Of a DNA stretch of 57,144 nt, positions 38,601-50,361 are shown in pieces. Where the stretch lies: assembly GCF_006345805.1 (NCBI RefSeq), contig NW_021833639.1:1-57144 (forward strand). The letters run 5' to 3'. Under the pieces are notes generated by a model, which saw nothing but the letters and a program-made list of their open reading frames with translations, ran no database searches and was not told the DNA's origin. Origin of the DNA: Octopus sinensis (taxonomy: Eukaryota). Every line of letters begins with the position of its first letter. The first letter of the stretch is position 1. Made by a program: the position numbers and the translations under genes.

Positions 38601-40180
38601 GGTGGGTCATTGGTCAATTTACACCAATCCAAAGCCTTCGATAGGGTAGATCATCGGTATCTGGTGGCAGTGCTCAAGGTGGCCAGTTTTGTACCGACAT
38701 TCTGTGGTTGGATCAATGCTTTATATAGTAACATCAAGTTGGTAGTTTGGGTGAATGGTTTCTTTTTGGAGCTGTTCAATATCAAACTCTTGGTTCATCA
38801 AGGTTGTCCACTGTTGCCCCTGCTCTATGTATTGGCTCTCAAGCCACTACTGCAATGATTGGAGGCGACAAGTGGAGACCCGCAAGATCTAGGATATGGA
38901 AAGTCAGTCACAGCGTATGTGGATGATGTTACAGTCCTTGTGTCCAGGGACCAGAACCTAAAGAGGGTAGGTGAGGCCCTAAAGGATTACAAAGCGGTGG
39001 CGTGAGCAAGAATTAACCAGGATAAGTCAGTTGGCTTGCAGCTCAGCACCTGGAGAGGCAAGCTGATGCCGTCCAACAGCGTCGTGAAAATGCTTAGAGT
39101 CTGGTTTGGTCCAGACCTCCAGATAGAGAAGAATAGGAGCAAGGTTACGGGAAGGGTGGTATCCATAACTCGGACCTGGTCTGGGCAGAGGTTATTCCTG
39201 AAAGGGAAGGCGGAGGTGGCAAATGTGTTTATTGCATTTGTCGTTACCTACCGCCTAACCGTTGTGTCGTACCTCGATTCGTGGTGAAACAAGTTGGAAT
39301 ACATGCTCTTTCACTTCTTGTAGGAGGGCAGGCGGCCTCTTGTAAGGTACTCTATCTGCTGCCAACAGCTGTTAAAGGGTGGGTTAGGGATTCTTGGGCT
39401 AAAGATGCACAGGCATGCGCTGAAGTTGAGGCATCTCTGGCTCTACCTGGACGGTGAGTGGGTGTGGTCTCCATTCGTTGACGAGATATTTCCCAGGTTC
39501 ACCTCTTTTGGTGAATTGGAAACTTGAATCAGATGCAGACCAACTACAACTGCTTGGCAAGCAGAGTGTTGACAGGCACTCATGCTTCTCTCCCAAACGG
39601 GAATACCACCTCGGTGTACTATAGAGGGCTGGTAGAGGGCAACTGTGATGACAGCCTGGGGAAGACTCTGGGTTTTTATGAAACTCAGATTACCAACCTG
39701 TATCGAAGGACTTTTGATAGTTCTGCCATCTCCTCTAAAAGGAGAAGAGAAATTTTGTATTCTAACTGTAATAGCTATAGTGAAAGAGGTGATATGGAAG
39801 ACATGTGCAAGAGGTATTGCATCAGGCACCTTAATCTCCTGGCATGCTTTAGTGAACCTCTCTTTATATCACCTAAGAGGGAAAGCACATCTAAAGAAGA
39901 AATGCCTGACAACAAAAAAGTATGAAAGAAGATGGAAGGAAGTAGCCCAAATGTTGGGTAAGTGCCAAATTAAGAGGGATTAAAAAAGGGACAAAATAAA
40001 CGGTGCAACGCAGGAATGTGGTTGGTGGGGTCAGACCCATTGTGCATCCATTTAGTTTTTGTTTTGCCTTTATTTGTAATCACATATTTATTCATATCAT
40101 TTGAAATGTCCATGATCCCATTTGTCCCTTGTATTGTCTCCTCTTTGTTTAACCCTTGTGGTTGTAATAAAATCATTGTG
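35640..40180 (+). mobile_element. Tx1/L1-clade LINE, near full length, decayed
   Basis: ORF1 zinc knuckle (YKCGQKGHISAEC); ORF2 APE (INVHGL, FTETRL); RT (FRPIILLN, SKAFDRVDH, QGCPL, AYVDD); aataaa 3' end. 5' boundary approximate. Confidence 0.9.
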
Positions 40181-40339
40181 CTAGTTTCACAGTTCATGTG
40201 TTGATAGTTCAAAGCTGGAGTTCAAAATTTACAGTTTGAGTTAGCATGTTGGACTGCTGGTTCTTAAAAGATTGTTGTTATGTTCCATGTGGTTACTGCC
40301 ATTTGTTTCGATTATATTGTTATTACACTGCTGCAGTGT

Positions 40340-40935
40340 ATTCATTTATCCATAAGGATGTAACAATATGTATGTATGTTTGTATGTATGTATTCATATT
40401 TGTATAATGTATGCATGCATATATTGTGTGTGTGTATTCCTGTATGTCTGTGTGTGTGTAATTCTTCTTCCGTGTACATGTATGCTTGTATGTGTCTGCG
40501 TGTAAGTTTGTGTGTGTGCACATGCGCCTGTGGTGTATGTGTGTGTGTGTGCCTATATATGCCTTATGTATTTGTATGTACCTGTGCATGTATGTGTGTG
40601 CATTTGTATATGTGGTGTGTGTGTGCCTGTGCATGTATGTATGTGTGCCCATGTTCTTTAAGTATGCTTGAATGTGTGCCCATGCATGTGTGTGTGTGTG
40701 TGTGTGTGTGTGGTTGTGTGTTTCTGTCTCCTTGTATGTGTTTTATATGTGTGTATGTCCATTGTCTGTCCTTACTGCCTATTTTCCTACCTACTGATCT
40801 ACCTACCAATCTACCTACCTACCTACCTACCTGCCTACCTACCTATCTACCTACCCACCCATCCAAACAATTAAGTAAATAAGAATCTGTATAACTAACC
40901 TAACCACCTACCTACTTACTTATCTAACTACCTAC
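40340..40935. repeat. (TG)n-rich plus (CCTA)n microsatellites
   Basis: Direct. Confidence 0.95.
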
Positions 40936-42889
40936 CTGTTTGTAGTATTAGATATGGATTCAGAGAATCGTGTGGCTATCACAGAATGCTCTTCTAATGG
41001 ATTCAGCTCTCAGACCGCATAATAATCCAATACAGAGAAGTCTAATGCAGAGTGTCCATGCTGCTGAAATCCAGAAGATCCAATCAATGAAATTACTTTA
41101 TGAGTATATAACCTATAAAAAGTTAAGTATGAGAAATGAATATATTTAGTCAGCCACTACCATAATCTTGAGGATGTCAAGTAGTTAAATGTATTCATCT
41201 CTTATGTCTTCTGACTTTTTTACGTTTTATAGAATATACAAGTAGTTTTCATCAGTTGACATAATGTAATATGTATTGTACTATAAGAGCTAAAACTCCG
41301 GTTTGAACTACAACTGAAAAATGCGGTGCTGAAATCGTCTGTGAAAGGTGGCTAGAAGTTGTTTCCTTTGAGTGAGTGGATATAGACTGAAATAGAAAAT
41401 GAAAAAGCAAAACATTTGGCATTACTCAAAAAAACCCACATAATTTAAATTGAGAATATAAACATAGTGCAGAGTAGTTATGATAAAAAAAGTAAAGTTT
41501 CTTACAGCTGTTTCTAGAATGGCTGAGCATATGGTTCATGATATTAAGTAAGGATTCCACATAAGCTAAGTATGCCATCATCAAGGAGAGAGAAGTAAGA
41601 AAACAGAGAAATGAAAAATATCCTCACTCGAGGACATTGGTACTTGCCAGTTTCTTGAAAAATGAAAGAAGGATCAGAATGAAAAGTATATGCATTTAGT
41701 AGTTCCATGATCAAAGAATTAATACAATCATAGGTAAAAAATAAAGTCTATTAGAAGTTCCATAGGTGAAGATTCGATGGTAAAGGATAATAGAATATAC
41801 TAGTTCCATTTTTGACTAGAGAGTGAATTAGGATTGAATTGGAATAATATACTACAGTGTGAAGTAAAGATAGAATAGTAGATGCACGAGGGCAGAAAGA
41901 GTAGGGGATATATATTCTTTTTTGCACAGACGTTGAATACATTTCTATCAAACTCTTCAAGTTCTGTTTCTGTCTTCGAAATGACTCAATTCAAAATCTC
42001 ATTCAACCAGAAAATGTTATATTTCTATTTCCTTCTTCTGCAAAAAAAAAAACAAAAAAACCCCTGTTTGTCTTAGAAATATATAGAGAACATATTGGAG
42101 TTATGCTAAAGCAATCTGCTGCTACTTCTGTAGAATATATACCAGGATTAAAAATAAAATTTTTATTTAAAACTATTAAAGTCATCTGTACTACATATTT
42201 AAGTCATAATTCTGAAGAAGAGAAATCTCATTTAAATGTATTTTTCACCAAGGAAGAGTCTTCAAACTTATGAAGTTTTTCTTAGTAAATATTAAACTAA
42301 CATCTGCTATACAGTAGAGTTGATCTGCTACATAGCCAGGTCTCATTTGTGTCAAATAGCCAAAGAATGTTTATATTTAGAAATGGTGACAGACTTTTCC
42401 ATACTTTTAATTCCTGATTCAGAGACAACCCTATTGTTGTTACTATACTAATTTCTTATTTACTCAAAAATCAGAATGGCAGCTAGAGAAACTGAGCAAA
42501 TGAAGTTAAACTAAGAACAAAATATCATTCTACTTAGATTGCATTAAAATGTGTGATGAAATTTTAGCAGAAGTAATTTAAAAGTTAATTATATAATCAG
42601 AGGAAGAAACTTGATCTAAAGTTCAGACTTGGCTTTAATATTCTTGACTTGGGAAAAGAAAAAAAGTAAATGTAAAAATGTTAATGATAATAATAGTGGT
42701 GGTGGTGATGAGAATACTCTCTCTTTTTCTCTCCCACCACCTTCACAGATCCTTCCTTCTACTATGTTAACTTGTTTTTTTTTTGTTCACTGAAACAAGA
42801 AGTTTTATATCTTTTACATTTTTGTTGTGTGAAGTTTGAGTAATTTGTTAAAACAATTGTTGTAGATGTCTTGCAAACAACTTGCACAT

Positions 42890-43475
42890 GCAAGTGCTAC
42901 CAGTCGAGAACTCTGCATACCAGAAGCCAGCAAGTGTATGGGGTCATCAGGTGAGAATGTGTGCTGCTTCAGGGCCTACCTCTCAGCAGCATCCATGTGC
43001 ACTACCCACCCCCCATTGATATGAGGCCCAGCTTGCTAGATCAACTGGTTATTAGATATAGCTCTATATTTCTCTAGCCATCGCTCGTCTCTTTTTAACC
43101 AAATCCAGTGGCTAGCCTTTTCCAATGTAGTTTGGATATCAGTTATGATGAGTTAGGCCTGATGATAACAACAGTTGTCTCACACTGTGTCCAACAAACC
43201 CTCTACATCTAACTTCGATTGGAAAATGCTCCGCTTTCCAGCCTGCATCTTCACATTCCTTGAGGAGGTTTACATAACAGATAATCTTTCGAGCCCGAGC
43301 GGCGTCCATGTTATCTTCATGAGGAACTGTTAACTCGACTAGATTTACAACTTTCTTTCCTTCACACCACATTAAAATGTCTGGTGTTTTCTTAACTGGG
43401 ATGGGAAAGAGTCTCTGGCACCCTGATAAATCTGAAGTCACCTCCCAGCAGCTGTTCCACTTTTCATCTCTCACA
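42890..43475 (-). mobile_element. R2-group (HERO-like) non-LTR 3' fragment with restriction-like endonuclease
   Basis: PDILMW...LVELTVP.ED....A..RK...Y..L...C...GW.....PIEV.CRGF motif. Confidence 0.8.
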
Positions 43476-44874
43476 TTTATAAGTGACTTTTGATAACTAA
43501 TGCAATATTAACTTTATCATTGTCCATTATTTATTTTTGTCATATTCTACATCCTGCTGTCAGTATGTTTTTGTTGGTGGTGCTTACCTGATTGAGCTGG
43601 CCTACTATCAAAGATATCTCATATGAAACTGTTACCACCATTTCTTTCCATAACTATGTCACCAAGACTACATAAACCAATGTATAATTTGAGGTGTGAT
43701 CAAAGGTATAATTTGAGGTGTATTTGACTTATTTCTAGTAAATAGAACAACCTACCTATCTTTCTGACTTAGAATGTTTTTTTTACAGTCTGTTGTTCTT
43801 TGTAGGTTCTCCTCCTACCCATATAACTCTTATTTTACACACCCTGATGAACAGTTGTCTTTCATGGAAATGCATAGATTAAGGCTTCTAAAACAAAATC
43901 ACTTAATAATAACCACTGGGACAATGTTGTGTTATTTTCAGTCATAAGTTGATAATATGGCAACCTAGCCAGTCTGACCATTGAACAGCCCTCAATGTCA
44001 GTACACTGGCTATAAAACACACACACACACTTCTTTTAGTAACGGTATCTGTCTCTCTTTCTCTCCTACCACCAATGGTTGAAATTATGCTATAGTATAA
44101 CATCACACTGTAAATTAGCTTCATTAACCAATGAAACAAATGTTAAACCCATAATGATGATGACTTCATTCTTCCACTCGCCTACTTTCAACACTGAATT
44201 TAGTTTACTTGTTGATAAAGGTCAAAATTCTTCCTATTGTTGTGAATCTGCAGTAAATACTTATTTCTCTCAACATACAAATATTCCATTTTTAGTTTAC
44301 TAATTAATGTCATTAATATTACTTGAAGATGACCACTTTTTTTGTGCATCTGCTTTTCGTTGTTAGTCTGGATGGAAGAAGTTTTTTTTTTCTTCTGTAA
44401 ATTTGTAAATTTTCATACTATTGGAATAATTAAAATTTGTACTGCTAACTCCTTGAAACCAAAGTAGGAGTGAAACTTGTTACTAGCCAGCCACCTAAAC
44501 TATCCAAGGGCTGGATATCAAAAAACTGAAGGTTTCCATGTGTGTTTTGTTGTAATTTCTGAAAGCTATATTAAATGTCTGAGCTCTCTCCCCCCCCTCT
44601 CCCTCACACATACACACACACACAAAGAAGTAGACTAAAAGCTAAATTTTAAGAAATTAAATTTCATGCTATTTTGAGTTGGGACATATATGCAAATAAA
44701 GTCAAAAATCACCAAAATGAAAAAAATGGCTTGAAAATTTTAGTTTAAAAAAAATACATTATGTTTTGATATCTAAGAAAAGAAATGGGGCTAAAGTATG
44801 GATTTTATTCAAGTTCTTGTGATATGTTTTTGCAACTTTAAAAGCAATATTGAAGATATTTGTTGATGTTGTGA

Positions 44875-44970
44875 GGGACACATTTAGGTTGAAAGACAGG
44901 CTAGATTGAAAATTTGAAAGATAAGTTTACCAGGTCTTCCTAGAATTGTGATAAAATTAATCACCAAAAA
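44875..44970 (+). repeat. Inverted degenerate copy of 45490-45580 (transposase C-terminal coding segment)
   Basis: catttagg..gaaag..aggc.agatt.aaaatttgaaagata...taccaggtctt.ctag.attgtga..aaattaatca is present on opposite strands. Confidence 0.75.
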
Positions 44971-45353
44971 AAAAAAAAGGAGAAAAAGAAATCTGGTGAA
45001 ATTTATTTAAATTTTATGGTGCTTTCCATAATAGTTAATACAAAATTCCAAAGTTATCCTTTGCCCTTTTTACAAAAAATTGATTAACATTGGATATGCT
45101 TTTATAAGATAATTTTCTAATTTTCATCAAATTTTTGTTAATTTTTTTTTTTAGAGCTTTTTACTTCTTTAAGTGACATGGAGATGTGGAAGGGCAAGGG
45201 GCAGCAGTAACATAACTAATAAGATAAGGAAGTAAAGTCAATAAGAAGGATTTCCTAGACAAAATTTGTGTCATAGATTATCTACATTTTATTAAAAAAT
45301 CTAGAAAAATTTACTTGACAACAAAAGCTATGGTACCAAACAATAATTCATAT

Positions 45354-45900
45354 TTAATCTTTAGATTTTGATTTAATATAATTCACTGAGACACCTCTTT
45401 CAAAAGTCCTTTCATATATCTTAAGGAGCAGTATCTTGTGGAATGTTCTCTTACTCTGTCATTTTTACACCCTGGTAGAATCTGTTTCCATTGTTGATTA
45501 ATTTCTTCACAATCCTAGCAAGACCTGGTAATTGTATCTTTCAAATTTTAAATCTGGCCTAGCTTTCTCCCTAAATGCATCCTGAATCTTCTGAGCAATT
45601 TGTTATAGGCCTCCAATCCAGATTCATCAAGCTGACCAAGTCTATTGCTTTCATTAGCCTCAAAGAGTTCCCATGTGTGACCTAGTTACTTGTAGTGCTG
45701 ATCTGATTTTAGTCTGTTTGAAGGAATAGACAAAGGCCAATACAGATACTTGGTATTAAGGGTACTAAGAATACTGGTTAAGTGCCAGTATTAACTTAAA
45801 CTTCCTCAGATTTACTTCTGACATTTTTTAGATATAATTTAATATGTACAACTCTGCAGTACAATGATGTTATAATGCACTAGGAAGACACTTCGAACGA
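45354..45900 (-). pseudogene. RAG1/Transib-like DDE transposase C-terminal relic
   Basis: HYK*LGHTWELFEANESNRLGQLDESGLEAYNKLLRRFRMHLGRK..*NLKD; resembles RAG1 HKTLAH...[20 protein letters not shown] (recalled, not aligned by tool). Confidence 0.6.
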
Positions 45901-46060
45901 GCCCTTAAACATTATCATAGCAATATTTTATCAAGTTATAAAAAAAAGATATACTCAGTTAAAATTTTATCCATGATTACATTAGTCTAACGATTAAGAT
46001 ATAGATAGATTTCTTATATTCTGTACACATGTTTGTGTTTTTCAAGGGATTTGAACATTA

Positions 46061-46450
46061 TAGGCGTAGGAGTGGCTGTGTGGTAAGTAGCTTGCTTACA
46101 AACCACATGGTTCTGGGTTTGGTCCCACTGTGTGGCACCTTGGGGAAGTGTCTTCTACTATAGCCTTGGGCTGACCAAAGCCTTGTGAGTGGATTTGGCA
46201 GATGGAAACAGAAAGAAGCCTGTCGTATATATGTGTATATATTTATGTTTGTATGTCTGTGTTTGTCCCCCCAACATTGCTTGAGAACTGATGCTGGTGT
46301 GTTTCTGTCCCCGTAATTTAGCGGTTCAGCAAAAGTGACTGATAGAATAAGTTCTAGGTTTACAAAGAATAAGTCCTGGGGTCGATTTGCTCAACTAAAG
46401 GCGGTGCTCCAGCATGGCCACAGTCAAATGACTGAAACAAGTAAAAGAGT
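46061..46450 (+). mobile_element. tRNA-derived SINE (same family as 24318)
   Basis: Colinear with 24318-24734; intact cagtc-aaat-gactg 3' hairpin. Confidence 0.9.
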
Positions 46451-46519
46451 AATGAGAAACCAACTCAGTTTTTTCACTAGAATTGAGGCATTTCATCAAT
46501 ATTAAGTGAGTAACCATCA

Positions 46520-46768
46520 TCAGAATCAATACAATCGAAATATAAACCAATTTTATCTCAGAAGGAAGGTAAAAGCTCATCGATTCTGTACCAACACGCC
46601 GAACAGGAACACGGGGGATCAATCAACATCATACAAATTAAAATATTGTCCACACATAGAACAGATGCAACAATCAGACAAATTACAGAAGCTACACACA
46701 TAATAGAAAATAAACCTAGCCTGAATAGGAAACTAGAATGGAACACTAGCACACACCACAACATATGA
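46520..46768 (+). pseudogene. C-terminus of a Penelope-type GIY-YIG domain (not in the ORF track)
   Basis: Frame reads SSILYQHAEQEHGG...IKILSTHRTDATIRQITEATHIIENKPSLNRKLEW..*, matching the PLE-type R...EA..I....P.LN end motif. Confidence 0.65.
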
Positions 46769-47126
46769 CGGTAGAGGATCCAGAAAACATAAAAAATACA
46801 CAGATAAATAAACAAATAGAAATAAATTAGTATATAAGTTTTTTTTTTGATTTATTATTATTATTACTAGTATTGTTGTTATTCATACATACATTCAAGC
46901 ATATGTAATGATAATAATAAGTGGATGTAAACACATGAACAAAATAAGAATAAACAACAAAAACAAATTACATGAACGTATATAAACAGAAGATACAAAT
47001 ATTACAGGCACCCCCCTCACACACACAAACTAAATAAACATAGACGCACATAGGGATATAAGCATGTGCAAATGAAGACATACAATAGAAATACAAAATG
47101 GCTGACGGTTAGTATATATATATATA

Positions 47127-48345
47127 TCTCTTATTATAAAAGGCAGATTTTATCTGCCTCCCTTTGGGAGTTATACAAATCTACAATATAGGATTTCTTC
47201 AATTACAATTTACCTAGCATTTTTGAGAGTACAATGCATCGCGTCATGCCAGGTCCAGTTTTTTAAAATTTAAACTCCAATTAAGCAAAATTTACAGAAA
47301 ACTCACATTCTGGTGTGTGTGTCAAATGCTTTTCTTAGTCTGGTTTACACCACATGCAAACACACACACACACAGTGTGCAACCAATAAAGTGAAACTAG
47401 ATGTAATATTTGTTTCTCTCTATCACGCTGATAGATACATGAGTAAAATGTATGGGAAGCTAACACATAAGAGTGAGTGAAAATGTTCTTGGAAGAGAGT
47501 AAATAGCCAGAGATAGTGATTTGAGGAAGACTTTACATGAAATAACCGTAGTGGCTTGTGTTAGTAATAAAGTAAACATACACTCATACATACATACATA
47601 CATACATACATACATACATACATACATACACACACACATACACACACATACATACATACATACACACACACATACATACATATACATACACACATACACA
47701 CACACACAGTATTGAAGCTTGAGAACAATCAGATACATTTGCAACACATCTGTTGAAAATATTATTGTTCACACACATACATATACATATATACATACAG
47801 ACAGACAGACAGATAGACACACACACACACATGATCCAGCATGGCCACAACCTCAAGGCTGAAACATATAAAAGAATAACAGAATATAAATGTGTGCATG
47901 TGTGTGAGAGAGAGAGTGTGTGTGTATATGTATGTATGTATGTATATATATATAATAATGCGGTTTTTTCAACAGCTTGAACTAAAAGTCAGAGGGGAAT
48001 GGGATAAACTACTTATATTAACTTGCTATAAAAGCAGGTAGTAATTTTATCTTGTCCTTATTCATAGTGCAAGTTTTGAAGAGTGCATTTCGATTTTAAC
48101 AGCTATTTTTTTCAAAGCTATATTGGAACAGCCAATATAGCTTTTATATAGCTTTTCGCTTTTATATAAGGGAAGTAACTCTCTAAAAATATCTACGATG
48201 TGTCATCGATTGAAAAACAAAAATTTACCTTAATTTTTTTTCAATTTTTAATGCATTTTTTTGCTATTTTTTGGCTATAACTCTCTAAAAATGCTTATAT
48301 AGTTATTTCCCTTACAACCCGAGCAACGCCGGGCGATACTGCTAG
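47127..48345 (+). mobile_element. Non-autonomous Helitron-type element (copy 1)
   Basis: A|TC 5' end; 3' hairpin cccgagcaacgccggg (48318-48333) followed by CTAG|T; no TSD. Confidence 0.85.
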
Positions 48346-48417
48346 TATATATATATATGTATATATATATATATGTATGTATATATATATGTATGTATAT
48401 ATATATATATATGTGTA

Positions 48418-50235
48418 TCTCTTATTATAAAAGGCAGATTTTATCTGCCTCTCTTTGGGAGTTATACAAATCTACAATATAGGATTTCTTCAATTACAAT
48501 TTACCTAGCATTTTTAAGAGTACAATGCATCGCGTCATGCCAGGTCCAGTTTTTAAAATTTAAACTCCAATTAAGCAAAATTTACAGAAAACTCACATTC
48601 TGGTGTGTGTGTCAAATGCTTTTCTTAGTCTGGTTTACACCACACGCAAACGCACACACACAGTGGGCAACGAATAAAATGAAAGTAAATAGCGACAGAG
48701 TGATTTGAGGAAGACTAAACTGAAAGTATTCTGTCTATGACGCTGATAGATACATGAGTAAAATGTATGGGAAGCTAAGAGCTAAGAGTGAGTGAAAATG
48801 TTCTTGGAAGAGAGTAAATAGCGAGAGAGAGAGTGATTTGAGGAAGACTTTACATTAAATAACCGTAGTGGCTTGTGTTAGTAATAAAGTAAACATACAC
48901 TCATACATACATACATACATACTTACATACACACACACACACACACATACACACACACACATACATACATACATACATATACATACATACATACATATAC
49001 ATACATACATACACACACACATACACACACACAGTATTGAAGCTTGAGAACAATCAGATACATTTGCAACACATCTGTTGAAAATATTATTGTTCACACA
49101 CATACATATACATATATACATACAGACAGACAGACAGATAGACACACACACACATGATCCAGCATGGCCACAACCTCAAGGCTGAAACATATAAAAGAAT
49201 AACAGAATATAAATGTGTGCAAAGTACAAAAAATATTAATGCAGTATATGGGGATTGGACAATAAGCGTAAGGCAGTGTCAATGGTGGTTCCAGAAATCC
49301 CGAGCCATAAACTACAGCCTAGAAGACGAGCCTCATACTGAAAGATCTGTAGAACTCGACAAGGACATCCTGAAAACCCTGGTGGAACAAAATCTCATCG
49401 TAACTGTTGAGGAACTAGCAGAGAAGCTTGGATTTGGTCATTCAACCATTCATTGAGACCTGTGTGCTATTGGAAAAGTCAGCAAATTGGGTCAATGGGT
49501 TCCTCACAAACTTTCCGAGTCTAATTGCATGCAGAGAGTGAATGTATGCTTTTCTTTGCTGTCACATCTCACCACTACTGCGCTATGTATATCTATATAT
49601 ATATATGAAATTGTAGTTGTGTGAGTGTCTGTCCCCTTCGATTTAGATTCCTAACTACTCCCACATTTTGCGGTGCAGTTTAACCAAATTCGGGTAGCTT
49701 ATAGTCGTGATTCATATCGAGCCCGTCTGAATATTAGCGCGCATCTACGATGAGTCTATGATTTTAAAAATAATTTAACATCATTTTTTATTCCATTTTA
49801 ATGCATAATTTTTCGTGTGATGATGGCGGCGGAGTTGGCGTCCACGCTCACACCTGCACCTGTGGGGAAGGGAGTGTAAGGAAATCAACGTCGTAATGCG
49901 TTGTCAAGGAGACCAGTGTTCTTTTAGAACAACGACTTCATGGCTTGAAGACACCAAAACAGAAATGGCTAAGAAAGCGTCTACATGAGTCTACGATTAA
50001 AAAAAAAAATTACCATCGTTTTTTTCCCATTTTAATGCATTTTTTCGCTATTATATAAGGGAAGTAACTCTCTAAAAATGTCTACGATGAGTCAACGATT
50101 TAAAAAAAAATTTACCATCATATTTTTTCCATCTTTAATGCGTTTTTTTTTGCTATTTTTTGGCTATAACTCTCTAAAAATGCTTATATAGTTATTTCCC
50201 TTACAAACCCGAGCAACGCCGGGTGATACTGCTAG
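48418..50235 (+). mobile_element. Composite Helitron-type element (copy 2), with a second possible 5' end at 49592
   Basis: First ~800 bp colinear with copy 1; then a mariner fragment; A|TC at 49592; same hairpin plus CTAG|T at 50232-50236. Confidence 0.8.
49210..49575 (+). pseudogene. Mariner transposase N-terminal (HTH) fragment
   Basis: NINAVYG...RQCQWWFQK...LEDEP...TVEELAEKLG...LGQWVPHKL. Confidence 0.85.
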
Positions 50236-50290
50236 TGTATATATATGTATGTATGTATGTATATAAATATATATGTATGTATATATTATA

Positions 50291-50337
<47 letters not shown>

Positions 50338-50361
50338 ATATATATATATATATGTATGTAT

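Noticed and set aside
43844-43880. CTGATGA...GAAAtgcaTA hammerhead-like string
   Set aside because: No stem I or stem II pairing.
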